Origin: Deltaproteobacteria bacterium
GTDB taxonomy: Bacteria > Desulfobacterota > Desulfobacteria > Desulfobacterales > QNYZ01
DNA length: 64,000 nt
Assembly (NCBI GenBank): GCA_003973265.1
Contig: QNYZ01000094.1
Coordinates: 1,804 to 65,803, forward strand
Reading direction: 5' to 3'
The translations under genes and the position numbers were made by a program. The number at the start of each line of letters is the position of its first letter. Positions within the stretch are counted from its first letter, which is position 1. Shown piece after piece: positions 1 through 9,641 of the stretch. The notes beneath the pieces were generated by a model, which worked only from the letters and a program-made list of their open reading frames with translations, was not told the origin of the DNA and searched no databases.

Positions 1-421
1 TGGCTACATTCATATACGCGTATTTCAGGGCCGTCATGCCGGAGATGCAGATACCGTGGGTCGACACCGCCTCGCAGGCCGGAATGCCCAGTTCGCCCAG
101 CACCATCAGGGCATGACCCGGAAAGAGCAGGTCGGGAGAAGTTGTGGCGCAGCACAATGTCTCGATGGCGGAGAGTTCAAACCCGGGACAGGGGGTCAGC
201 CGGCGGATGGCCTCAGCGGCCAGTCCGGCATTGGAATGGGTCAACCGCCCGGTAGCCGGGTCAATGGCGTAGTGGCGCTGTTTGATTCCGTTGTTTTTCA
301 GGACGATCCGCTTGGTGCGCGACGGCAGATCGTTGACTTTTCCCAGGATATCTTCGACTTGATCATTTTCAATCGGTTCGTGGGGCAGATAGGCAGCCAC
401 GTCGGTGATATATGCGTTCAT
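1..421 (-). CDS. darB: KAS III (FabH)-like condensing enzyme, DarB-like; N-terminal part only, the gene runs off the window start
   Basis: Not in the ORF track because no stop lies inside the window. My minus-strand translation from the ATG at 421-419 reads MNAYITDVAAYLPHEPIENDQVEDILGKVNDLPSRTKRIVLKNNGIKQRHYAIDPATGRLTHSNAGLAAEAIRRL...STHGICISGMTALKYAYMNVA. This has FabH/KAS-III-like N-terminal layout with a candidate nucleophile Cys in GICISG. The start overlaps the stop of the upstream darA-like gene (ATGA at 418-421). Confidence 0.7.
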   Translation of the reverse strand, partial: MNAYITDVAAYLPHEPIENDQVEDILGKVNDLPSRTKRIVLKNNGIKQRHYAIDPATGRLTHSNAGLAAEAIRRLTPCPGFELSAIETLCCATTSPDLLFPGHALMVLGELGIPACEAVSTHGICISGMTALKYAYMNVA

Positions 422-1362
422 GGTTCCTTTAAGTGGTTGGTTTGAAAATAGTCGGTCAGCGTGTTGATCTTGTCTTTTTTCAATAATCGAATCAGGGCAG
501 TGACACCCGTGGCCAGAGGCGCCAGGATGAAAATGGCGGTCAGCAGGTATCCGATAAAAAGGCGCAATCTTGGCTTGCGGGCCGGGTCTCCCCGCTCTCC
601 CCGGCGGCGGATAAAGGCCGACCAGACGGCGAAGATCTTTTTAATCCGGCTCTCAAAGAGGATAAAGGCCGGTACTACCGGCGTTGCGCCGAGGCGGTTC
701 AGCGCCTGTTGAAGGGCGGTCCAGCGGTCGTTGAGAAGGGCACCTCTGATCGCCGGGGAAAAACGTCGTGCGGCGACGATGTCACCTTCGGTAATGCCCG
801 GATTGGGAAGAATGCCGAGAAAGCGCTTCTTTTTTCCGGTGAGCATCCAGGCGGCGATGGTGATCACCCCGACGAGGTTGGGGGCGCTGTCGGTGAGGAC
901 GATGTTGCCCACCAGCAGGCCGCCGTTAGCCGCAATGCGGCGCTTGACCTTTTCCTGGGCCTGGAGCCACATGTTGCGGCAGCCGATGAGGGTGATTACC
1001 GGCCGGCCGCGCATGACCCGGGCCGCTTCGGGTGATTGCAGAAAGGAAGTAACCGGAATCGACGGCGCCAGGTACCAGACCTGGTAAGCCAGGACAATCA
1101 GGTCGTAGTCGGCATCCGGGTCAAAGGAAACCGGCGCCAGTCGGCACGGCACTTCTTCCAGAGATTCGGGGAAGACGTCGACAAATTCAAGGGCCGTCCA
1201 GGGGAAGGGAAACGGCTCGATCGGCCGCAGCGTTTCGGTGACAACGGAAATCCGCCCGTTTTCGGTTTCATTGACGAGCGGATCGACCAGGGCCGAAACA
1301 ATATCGGCCAGTTGCCCGGATTGAGAAAAGGATACAACCAGAATTTTTTTGATATTTTTCAC
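418..1362 (-). CDS. darA: DarA-like protein (dialkylresorcinol-condensing-enzyme family, flavodoxin-like N-terminus, C-terminal membrane helix)
   Basis: 314-aa ORF. N-terminus MKNIKKILVVSFSQSGQLADIV is flavodoxin-like and matches my recollection of DarA proteins. It sits directly upstream of, and is translationally coupled to, a KAS III-like gene, as in darAB pairs. Confidence 0.6.
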   Translation of the reverse strand: MKNIKKILVVSFSQSGQLADIVSALVDPLVNETENGRISVVTETLRPIEPFPFPWTALEFVDVFPESLEEVPCRLAPVSFDPDADYDLIVLAYQVWYLAPSIPVTSFLQSPEAARVMRGRPVITLIGCRNMWLQAQEKVKRRIAANGGLLVGNIVLTDSAPNLVGVITIAAWMLTGKKKRFLGILPNPGITEGDIVAARRFSPAIRGALLNDRWTALQQALNRLGATPVVPAFILFESRIKKIFAVWSAFIRRRGERGDPARKPRLRLFIGYLLTAIFILAPLATGVTALIRLLKKDKINTLTDYFQTNHLKEP

Positions 1363-1387
1363 GGCTGCGAGGCGCCTTTCTGATTTG

Positions 1388-4300
1388 TCAGGCGGCGCTG
1401 GAACCGCTTTTCAGCCTGTACCAGTCACCGGCGGCCCCGGGTTTGAACGCCTGATAGAGCGCCGGGTCCATGGTGGCTTCGTACCCGAGCAGCCGGGCCA
1501 CGACCGCCTGGTCCGGGCCGACAAAGGTAAAATCTCCAGTCATTTTTCGGGAGGTGACATCTCGGATTTCGAGCACGGCGACCAGTCCGGATTTCGGAAA
1601 TTGCCGGGTATACTGACGATACGAAGCCGTATAGCTGGGCAGGGATACCATGCCCTGTTGTTCGTAGCACCAGACCGAGGCCATTTGGAAGGCCGTATCC
1701 AGGGCCAGGGGATCGGCCAGCCACGTGCTTCTAAGTGGTTCAGTCATCCATTGGTCGGGCCGGGGCGCAGAGCAGATGTCGGCCACCATGCCATTTTCGG
1801 TCAGACCCTGGATCTTTTTGAGGCCACGCAGGTGCTCGCCGTGAAATAAAATGGTTTCGTAAACATCTTCAATGCTGCGGGGGTAGGGCCGGACAGTCAG
1901 TTCCGCGGGAATGGTAAAGTCCGGCGCCGGGTGCAGGTTTTCAGCGAGAATGGCCCGGCCGCGGCAATGGACCACTTCAATACCTTCTTTAACGCCGTCA
2001 TGCAGTTCGACCGGTATTTCAAAGTGGTTGTCCAGGCGGCTGGCTTTGCCGGCCATCAACCGGATTGTTTTGGCACCGTTGTCCAGGCGAATCCCTTTCA
2101 GTATCCGCATATCGTCGATTCCCTGCAGCAGCAGACCGGGATTTTCATGCAGGGCGCCGTGGGCGAACCACTCGGTCATCAATGCAAAGGGGATGACGGG
2201 ATGACCGTCCAGCATGTGGGATTTAAGAACGGGATAACGATGAACGTCGATTTCCCGCCTGAAGGAAAGACTCAGATTCCGGGCCGCGGTGGTCTCAATT
2301 TGCGATGAAGTGTCCATCCGGACGTTCGCCATGGGCGCCGAGATTTCATTGCCGATGGTGACTTCCACGGGGCTTTCCGGCCCGGCGCCCATCTCCCGAA
2401 CCAGGCAGTCGGCACCGGTCTGGGCAGGAATCAGGCTGATGCCGCGCCGGGCAAATAATCGTTTTAAAGCGGGTGAAACCATGCCGCCTTCCCAGGGGCC
2501 CCAGTTGATGGATGAAACATTACAATGGGGGCGCTGGATCGCTTCGGCCTGGGCGATCTTGTTGACGGCTTCATTGGCCATGGCATAATCGGATTGGCCC
2601 GGGTTGCCAAAGCGGGCGCTGACCGAAGAAAACAGGACGATGTTTTTCAATTCATCGTTCCGGGTGGCGGCAAGGAGGTTGAGCAGGCCGCCGGCCTTGG
2701 TAGCGAAGACCTGGTTAAACTCCTGGACGGTTTTATCAAGAATAAAGCTGTCGCGAAGAAGACCGGCGCCATGAATCAGGGCCGTAATCGGGCCCAGATC
2801 CGTTCGGATCTGCCCGATTACCCGGCTTACCCCTTTGGCATCAGTGACATCCACCGGATAGTACCGCGCGGTGATACCAAGGTCGGCCAGTGCTTTCAGG
2901 TGGTGGTAAATCTCACTGTTGGCCATATGGCGCCGGAAAGCCTGTTCCAGTTCGATAGGGGAGGGCGGGGGTGTCTCTGATCCGGGCGCAAATTCGTTGG
3001 CCAGGATGGCTTTTTTTGCCCCTGCGGCATCCGTGGTATCAGGCAGCCATTCCGGTGGCTCTACCGGCTGCGGAGATCGCCCCAGCAGGGCAAATCTTGC
3101 ACCGGTATCGCGGGCCAGCGCCTCAACTGCTGTGGCGGTGATGCCGCGCGCGCCGCCGCTGACCACGACGACATCCCCGGCGGACAGATCTGAGCGGGCA
3201 TTTGAAATATCGGCTGTTTGAAGGGAAAGAATATAATGTTCGTTTTTCGCAAGGTCCGGATGAAGGCCGATTTCCAGGGGCGGCCGGGGCTCGGTTTCGG
3301 TAAGTGCGGTCAAAATGGCCCCGGCGATGGCACAATGATCGTCCCAGCCGGGCGCAGCATCAATGGCCTGGCAGCGAATATCGGGCCATTCCGCGGCGGC
3401 GGTTTTAACCAGACCGGCCAGGGCGCCCTGGATCGGGTGGGGGACACCGGTGCCCAAAAAACCAAAGGCCCCGTCCATGCGGGTGACGGTGCAGAAAAGC
3501 CGGGGCGATTTCGATCCGGTTTTCTGCATCCGTTTTCCGGCAGACCGGGCCAGTAAGAAAACGTTGCGGATCATTTCCACGTCAATGGGCGTGTTGGCCG
3601 GTAAGACGGGGATCAGGCCGCCAATGGGCCCGTCTACCTGTTCCAGGGCCGCAGCGTCGGTCGCAATCACCCGGGCCGGCATGCCCTGCCCGGAAAAGGC
3701 ATCGGCCAGCGCGGTGGATAAACCGGTTCCGTCTTCAGTGATATAGATGGGGTCTTGATTACCTGAATTCGTCCGGCATTGCCCTGAGAATCTGCGGGTT
3801 TTTACCTCGATAACCCGGCGCCGGACCGTGCTGTCCCCCGTATCTTTTTCCGGGGGCCGGGCGTCTGTTTCCGGCGCCGGAAAGGGGGCGTCCTTAGCGG
3901 TTTCACCTGCCGTCAAGTACCTGACAATCTGGCCCAGGGTTTTCAGATCGCCCATATCCTCGGGGGCCACGGACGGCAGTTCCGGCATTTTTTCTTCCAT
4001 GGCGGAAAGGATCTCCACCCGTTTGATGGAGTCGATTCCCAGGTCGGATTCAATGTCCATGTCCAGGTTGAGCATGTCCGCCGGGTATCCGGTCAGTTCG
4101 CTGATGACGTCCATCAGGGTGGATGTAACGGTTCCTGAATCTGCTTCCGGGGACGTTGCGGCTGTATCTGACGGTTGCGCCAGGGGAGATATGGGTTCTG
4201 GCGTGGCAGGAGGATCCACGCAGAGGTGGCCGACAATCTGGCCCAGGGTTTTCAGATCGCCCATATCCTCGGGGGCCACGGACGGCAGTTCCGGCATTTT

Positions 4301-7300
4301 TTCTTCCATGGCGGAAAGGATCTCCACCCGTTTGATGGAATCGATTCCCAGGTCGGATTCAATGTCCATGTCCAGGTTGAGCATGTCCGCCGGGTATCCG
4401 GTTAATTCACTGATCACGTTGAAAAGCGTTTTTGCCACCGCATTGGTATTGGACGATTCACCGGCAGCGGCGTCGGTTTCCGGCAGCGTGGGGGCTAAAG
4501 CCTGCGATGGTGCGGCCGGCTCAACCGGGGGATCCACGGGCACTGACAATGGTAAGGGATCGACCGTTGGGGGCGGTGCAGGCGTCTGTTTCGGGTCGGC
4601 TGCCGGATGATGGACCGCATGATCCACCCTGTTGCGGGTATTCGATGTTGCTTCAATGATGCCGGATGTATGCGCCATGTCCCGGGTTTGGGACATCAAT
4701 GACTGCAGCACCTGGCTGGCGTCGGCCTGGGTTTTCAGAAAAAGTTCATGGGCACTGGCCGTCCGGGCCTGGAGCTCCCGCATCGATTTTAATCCCTCGC
4801 GGATAATCATGGCCGTGTCTGTGAGGCTGTTATCGGCCGGGTTACGGTCGGGCCGGGAGGCATTAACATTGACTGCAGGTGTCGGTGTGATTGGTTTGTC
4901 GCTCATTTCCTGTTCCGTAGGGTCTTGGGGTAAAGGGGTTCCGGCCGGAGCAGACATGGCATCTGACCGTGTCTCTGCCGGTGCCGTCGTCGCTGCTGCG
5001 CCCTGGGATAAATCGCTTCGGGGATTTTTATAATTGGCGCCGCTAATGGGAAACCGCATCAGGGGCGTGCGCTGTTTTCCCGACGGCGGTGGGGATTCCC
5101 ACCGGTCCAGGTCGACCGGGTATCCCAATGCGGCCAGGTGGCAGAGACATCTGGCCAGATCGATCAAACCGAATTTTTTTCCGCTGGATGCATCGACGGC
5201 CAGGGCGGTGAAATCCTGTTTTCTTAAAATCTGCCGGATGAGTCCGGTGAGAACCGTTTTGGGCCCCACCTCGACGAAGGTCCGGATGCCGGTGTCATAT
5301 AAATTCTCTATGTTTGAGACGAAATCGACCGGGTTGATGATCTGGCGGCCCAGAATATCCCGGGCCGTGTCGGCGTCTTCGGGATACGCCGTACCGGTGG
5401 TGTTGGAAAAAACCGGCACCTCCGTCGGTGTCAGGTCGATATCGGACAGCAGCCGGCGAAAGGGTTTCTGGGCCGATGCCACCAGCGGGCTGTGAAACGC
5501 GGCAGCCACCGGCAGAGGGATGGCCCTGAATTTGAGTTCCCTGCATTTTTTTTGAGCGGCTTTGATGGCCGCCGTGCTCCCGGACAGCACGCCCTGGCGG
5601 GGACTGTTGCGGTTGGCCAGAATGACATCGGAATCAAGGGCGGCCACCATGGTATCCAGATCGGCCAGGGCCGCTTTTACGGCCATCATGGTACCGGGAT
5701 CACCGTCGGTGGTGGCACCGGCTTCGGCCATCAGGCGACCCCGGGCAATGGATACCCGGCAAAAGGTCTCGGTATCCATCCAGCCGCCTGCCAGCAGGGC
5801 AACCAGTTCGCCGTAGCTGTGGCCGCACGTGGCCGACGGCACGATGCCGAAGCCGGAAAGGATGCGGTATAAGGCCAGGCTCATCGCGCCGATGGCCGGC
5901 TGGGCGACATCCGTGGGCCGCAGGTGATCTTCTTGGGCTTTCCGGCTTTTTTTATCGTTTACCGGGCAGGGGAAAATGAAATCACTCAAGCGTCCGTTTT
6001 CAAAAACGCGGTTAAACGATTCAAACGCATCCAGCGCTTCGGGAAAAATACACGACAGGTCGCGTCCCATTCCCACGTATTGGCTCCCCTGTCCCGGAAA
6101 AACAAAGGCCAGCTTTCCAGGAGGGTTGCCAATGCCGAGAAAGACGTCGCCGGCGGTTTGAAAGAACGGGTCGGAATCCGTTTCGGCCAATGTCGTGCGA
6201 ATGTCGGACAGGTTGGCTTTTAATCTGGATGGGTCCGGTTCAGACCGATCGACCATGAACAGGAGGCGGTATCGGGCCGACGATTCGAAATCTGTGCGGC
6301 TGTCGGCGGCATCGATGGCCAGTTGCCCGCTATCAGGACCCGGCTCAATTTTTTTGATCCAGTCCGCAATAATTCCGGACAGCGCGTCTGCCGTATCGGC
6401 CGACAGGGTAACGATTTCGACGCTGCCATCCCAGGCCGTTTCCTGTTTCTCGGACTGAAATTCTTCGAGAACCAGATGGAAATTGCTGCCGCCGAATCCA
6501 AAGGCGGACACGCCTCCCCGGCGGGGATGGCCGGGCCGGGAAAGCCAGGGCCGCGTGGTCGTGTTCAGGTAAAACGGGCTCTCTTCAATATGCAGATCGG
6601 GATCGGGGTTGTCGGCCTTAAGGGTCGGTGGAAGGGTTTTATGGTGCAGGGCCAGGGCGGTCTTGATCAGGCCCGCTGTTCCGGCAGCAGCCTTGGTATG
6701 ACCGATCATCGATTTGACGGCACCGAGAGCGCATCGGTTTTGCCGATGATTTTTCCCGTCCCCGGCCCGGGGAAACACCTCGGACAATGTGTCAAATTCC
6801 GTTTGATCGCCCACCCGTGTTCCCGTGCCATGGGCCTCTACCAGGTCCACACTGGCCGGGTCCACACCCGCCAGGTCGTAGGCCATGCGCATCGCCTTGA
6901 CCTGCCCGTCTTTGCGGGGGGCATAGATACTCTGGGAACGGCCGTCACTGGAGGTGCCCACGCCCCGGATAACGGCATAAATCCGATTCTTGTCCCGCCG
7001 GGCGTCTTCCAGCCGTTTCAGGACAACGATCCCGACCCCTTCGCCCAGCACGGTGCCGTCCGCCTCGGCGGAAAACGGCCGGATGTCTCCGGTGGGTGAG
7101 AGAATACGGGTTTTGGCAAAACACATATGCATGAAGATATCGTTGAGCGTATCCACGCCGCCGGTCAGCACCATGTCGGCCCGCCCGGTGGTCAGTTCCA
7201 GCACGGAAAGGTGAATGGCACTCATGGAACTGGCGCAGGCCGCGTCCACCACGCAATTGGTGCCGCCCAGGTCGAGGCGGTTGGAAATCCGGCCGGCCAC

Positions 7301-7876
7301 AACATTACCCAGCAGGCCGGGGAAGGAATTCTCCTGCCAGGATACATACGAAGCGGAGATTCGCTGAACGACCTCATCGACCTTGTCGTCTTCAATGCCC
7401 GACGCCTTCAATGCCCGTCGCCACTTGGGATGATCGAGGCGGGCCCCCAGTGGGATAACCAGCTCCTGGGTGCCGGTAACGCCGAGAATAACACTGGTCC
7501 GCTCCCGGTTAAACGGCTGCCCGTTTTCTCCGTATCCGGCATCTTCAAGTGCCGTTTTGGCGGCAACCAGTCCAAGCAATTGAGACGTGTCCGTTGCCTC
7601 CAGCGTGTTGGGCGGAATTCCGTATTCGGTGGGGTCAAAATCAACGGGAGAGAGGAATCCACCCCTCGTACAATAGATTTTGTCTTCGGCCGCGGGATCG
7701 GCGTCAAAGTAGTCCTTGATCGACCAGTGGGAGTCAGGCACATCGGTGATGGCATCCATCCCGTGGTAGAGCAGGCGCCAGTAGGATTTTAAACCGGGGG
7801 CTTTTGGAAAAAAGCAGCCGATGCCGATAATCGCGACAGGCGTATTAGGAAGCTGATCGGTGGTGCGTGTCTGCAT
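1388..7876 (-). CDS. PfaA-like iterative type I FAS/PKS megasynthase, KS-AT-ACP-ACP-KR-DH
   Basis: 2162-aa ORF. KS motifs VDAACASS, EAHGTGTRVGD, GHTKAAAG. AT motif GHSYGE. Two tandem ACPs, each with LGIDSIKRVEILS. KR Rossmann motif VVVSGGARGITA. C-terminal PKS-type dehydratase with HMLDGHPVIP (HxxxGxxxxP). Confidence 0.93.
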   Translation of the reverse strand: MQTRTTDQLPNTPVAIIGIGCFFPKAPGLKSYWRLLYHGMDAITDVPDSHWSIKDYFDADPAAEDKIYCTRGGFLSPVDFDPTEYGIPPNTLEATDTSQLLGLVAAKTALEDAGYGENGQPFNRERTSVILGVTGTQELVIPLGARLDHPKWRRALKASGIEDDKVDEVVQRISASYVSWQENSFPGLLGNVVAGRISNRLDLGGTNCVVDAACASSMSAIHLSVLELTTGRADMVLTGGVDTLNDIFMHMCFAKTRILSPTGDIRPFSAEADGTVLGEGVGIVVLKRLEDARRDKNRIYAVIRGVGTSSDGRSQSIYAPRKDGQVKAMRMAYDLAGVDPASVDLVEAHGTGTRVGDQTEFDTLSEVFPRAGDGKNHRQNRCALGAVKSMIGHTKAAAGTAGLIKTALALHHKTLPPTLKADNPDPDLHIEESPFYLNTTTRPWLSRPGHPRRGGVSAFGFGGSNFHLVLEEFQSEKQETAWDGSVEIVTLSADTADALSGIIADWIKKIEPGPDSGQLAIDAADSRTDFESSARYRLLFMVDRSEPDPSRLKANLSDIRTTLAETDSDPFFQTAGDVFLGIGNPPGKLAFVFPGQGSQYVGMGRDLSCIFPEALDAFESFNRVFENGRLSDFIFPCPVNDKKSRKAQEDHLRPTDVAQPAIGAMSLALYRILSGFGIVPSATCGHSYGELVALLAGGWMDTETFCRVSIARGRLMAEAGATTDGDPGTMMAVKAALADLDTMVAALDSDVILANRNSPRQGVLSGSTAAIKAAQKKCRELKFRAIPLPVAAAFHSPLVASAQKPFRRLLSDIDLTPTEVPVFSNTTGTAYPEDADTARDILGRQIINPVDFVSNIENLYDTGIRTFVEVGPKTVLTGLIRQILRKQDFTALAVDASSGKKFGLIDLARCLCHLAALGYPVDLDRWESPPPSGKQRTPLMRFPISGANYKNPRSDLSQGAAATTAPAETRSDAMSAPAGTPLPQDPTEQEMSDKPITPTPAVNVNASRPDRNPADNSLTDTAMIIREGLKSMRELQARTASAHELFLKTQADASQVLQSLMSQTRDMAHTSGIIEATSNTRNRVDHAVHHPAADPKQTPAPPPTVDPLPLSVPVDPPVEPAAPSQALAPTLPETDAAAGESSNTNAVAKTLFNVISELTGYPADMLNLDMDIESDLGIDSIKRVEILSAMEEKMPELPSVAPEDMGDLKTLGQIVGHLCVDPPATPEPISPLAQPSDTAATSPEADSGTVTSTLMDVISELTGYPADMLNLDMDIESDLGIDSIKRVEILSAMEEKMPELPSVAPEDMGDLKTLGQIVRYLTAGETAKDAPFPAPETDARPPEKDTGDSTVRRRVIEVKTRRFSGQCRTNSGNQDPIYITEDGTGLSTALADAFSGQGMPARVIATDAAALEQVDGPIGGLIPVLPANTPIDVEMIRNVFLLARSAGKRMQKTGSKSPRLFCTVTRMDGAFGFLGTGVPHPIQGALAGLVKTAAAEWPDIRCQAIDAAPGWDDHCAIAGAILTALTETEPRPPLEIGLHPDLAKNEHYILSLQTADISNARSDLSAGDVVVVSGGARGITATAVEALARDTGARFALLGRSPQPVEPPEWLPDTTDAAGAKKAILANEFAPGSETPPPSPIELEQAFRRHMANSEIYHHLKALADLGITARYYPVDVTDAKGVSRVIGQIRTDLGPITALIHGAGLLRDSFILDKTVQEFNQVFATKAGGLLNLLAATRNDELKNIVLFSSVSARFGNPGQSDYAMANEAVNKIAQAEAIQRPHCNVSSINWGPWEGGMVSPALKRLFARRGISLIPAQTGADCLVREMGAGPESPVEVTIGNEISAPMANVRMDTSSQIETTAARNLSLSFRREIDVHRYPVLKSHMLDGHPVIPFALMTEWFAHGALHENPGLLLQGIDDMRILKGIRLDNGAKTIRLMAGKASRLDNHFEIPVELHDGVKEGIEVVHCRGRAILAENLHPAPDFTIPAELTVRPYPRSIEDVYETILFHGEHLRGLKKIQGLTENGMVADICSAPRPDQWMTEPLRSTWLADPLALDTAFQMASVWCYEQQGMVSLPSYTASYRQYTRQFPKSGLVAVLEIRDVTSRKMTGDFTFVGPDQAVVARLLGYEATMDPALYQAFKPGAAGDWYRLKSGSSAA
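3923..4402. repeat. Tandem direct repeat with a 309-bp period, encoding the two ACP domains of the megasynthase
   Basis: 3923-4093 and 4232-4402 align base for base. I see one mismatch (g at 4031 versus a at 4340). Identity decays over the next roughly 15 nt. Confidence 0.9.
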
Positions 7877-7889
7877 AGGAACGATGCCG

Positions 7890-9641
7890 TTATTCTTTCA
7901 TTAATTGTTGAATTCGGTCCAGGGGCAAGGGCTTGAAATGCCCGGCTTCGGTTGGCAGCGGAATACCCTGGCTGCGAAGTTGCTGACAGCGGTGAATCAC
8001 CGCCGCCCCGAATATAAAATTGTGTGCCACGGTGACAATGTCACGCTGGCCGGTGTCGGCTAAGAACGATCCCCGGGTCCATTCGTTGAATGCGCCCATG
8101 GCCGGCCCGCACCAGATCTGGTAATCGAGCCGGCGGTCGGTTACGCCGGTATTGGCCCAGGTGGATGCCTGGCCCAGGTAGGAACGAAATACCAGGGCCA
8201 TCCGGTGCCGGGGGCTCTTCTGGGCCCGTTGAAGCTGGCCGGGGTCGCGCCGGGCAAAAAATTCACGGGTTAACTGCCATTCGTCGTCGAACGATTTTTT
8301 TAAAAGGTCGGTTTCAATCCAGCGGCGGTCTTCATCGGGGATGTCGCCATAGGTCTCGTAACGGGTATACAGATCGTAAAGTTTGCGTGCCCGCAAGGGG
8401 AACAGGGTGCCCCGCTTCAACACCTGGACCTTGACGCCCAGTTCAAACATGTCGGCGGCCGGCGCCATGACGACATCGGCCTGACGGGTATCGGCCAGCA
8501 TCTTTCGAACCGCTTCGGATGTACCGGATTCGATACAGGCCTGGTTTACAGACCCGGTCAGCACAAATGCCGCTCCCATGGCAAAAGCGGCTGCGGTGGA
8601 AGCCGGGGTGCCGATACCCCCGCCAAGCCCCACACCGGGCGGTCGCGGGTAAGCGTGGTTTCGGCTGATCTCGTCCCGGATCGCCATTATCGTCGGCAGT
8701 AGAGAAAGCGCCGGGCGATTATCCGTATGGCCGCCCGAGTCGGCTTCGGCGGTCAGGTCATCGGCCATGGGGATGCGTCTGGCCAGGTTTGCTTCGTGGT
8801 CGGATATCCGCTTTTGCTGCAGCAGCCTGGTGATGATCTTCTCCGGGGGCGGGCTCAGAAATTTTCGGGCCACCTCTTCCCGGGAGACTTTAGCAATCAC
8901 GTGATTGGGAACCATGATCCGGCCGTCGGCGCCCTGGTGGATACCCTTGATACGATAATATGCCACGGGCAGGGTTACATCCATAAATGCCGACGCGCTG
9001 ATCAACCGAACCTGTCGCTCAAGGTAAAGCTCAACCGTTTTCATCTCAAGGGACGGATCCGCCGGGGAATGGATCAGGTTAAAGCCGAAGGGGAACGGGC
9101 GTCGATCGTGAGATTTTTGCAGGTGGCCAATGGCGTCATCGATTCCGGACAGGGACAGCCCGCCGGCGCCGAAAAAAGCCAGCAATCCGGCCCGCCCGGC
9201 CGCTTCAACCATGGATACAGAGGTGATACCGTTGGCCATGGCACCAACGACATACGCATAACGGATGCCGTGAAAATGACAAAATTCCCGATCACCCAGG
9301 TTCCCGGGTGGAAGCGGAGCTGTATAACCCAGCACCGGGGCTCCCCGTTTTTCTTCGGGAACATTACCCCCAATGATCAGGCTGCCACTCTTGCTGAGTC
9401 CGATGCCGTTATTTTTCCGGATTAAAATAACAGGCTCGTTCAGCCGCAGCAATGCCGCCCTGATGCCTGCCGGATCCGTGTCGAGCGTTGCCCCGTCCCG
9501 AACCTGTCGGATCGGATCCGTATGGTCGTTCAGGCACCACCCGATGGGCGAATATGTGAGGGATGTTGTTTGAGCCATATCGCGGTCTTTTATGAAAACA
9601 GAGCCAAGTGGAAAGGAGTCATTGCTACTGCCACTTGGCAT
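7890..9641 (-). CDS. pfaD: PfaD-family trans-acting enoyl reductase (FMN/nitronate-monooxygenase fold)
   Basis: 583-aa ORF with LTAEADSGGHTDNRP and GGIGTP motifs typical of PfaD/FabK-like enoyl reductases. It lies immediately upstream of the PfaA-like gene with a 13-nt gap. The true start may be the internal Met at 9578. Confidence 0.85.
   Translation of the reverse strand: MPSGSSNDSFPLGSVFIKDRDMAQTTSLTYSPIGWCLNDHTDPIRQVRDGATLDTDPAGIRAALLRLNEPVILIRKNNGIGLSKSGSLIIGGNVPEEKRGAPVLGYTAPLPPGNLGDREFCHFHGIRYAYVVGAMANGITSVSMVEAAGRAGLLAFFGAGGLSLSGIDDAIGHLQKSHDRRPFPFGFNLIHSPADPSLEMKTVELYLERQVRLISASAFMDVTLPVAYYRIKGIHQGADGRIMVPNHVIAKVSREEVARKFLSPPPEKIITRLLQQKRISDHEANLARRIPMADDLTAEADSGGHTDNRPALSLLPTIMAIRDEISRNHAYPRPPGVGLGGGIGTPASTAAAFAMGAAFVLTGSVNQACIESGTSEAVRKMLADTRQADVVMAPAADMFELGVKVQVLKRGTLFPLRARKLYDLYTRYETYGDIPDEDRRWIETDLLKKSFDDEWQLTREFFARRDPGQLQRAQKSPRHRMALVFRSYLGQASTWANTGVTDRRLDYQIWCGPAMGAFNEWTRGSFLADTGQRDIVTVAHNFIFGAAVIHRCQQLRSQGIPLPTEAGHFKPLPLDRIQQLMKE

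Noticed and set aside
56-445. 129-aa plus-strand ORF at the window start
   Set aside because: It lies entirely antisense to the much better supported KAS III-like (darB-like) reading frame on the minus strand. It has a low-complexity Gly/Gln/Arg-rich composition typical of antisense frames in GC-rich DNA.
3828-4610. 260-aa plus-strand ORF with an internal peptide repeat
   Set aside because: The repeat is simply the antisense reading of the duplicated ACP-coding DNA of the megasynthase, so this is not an independent gene.
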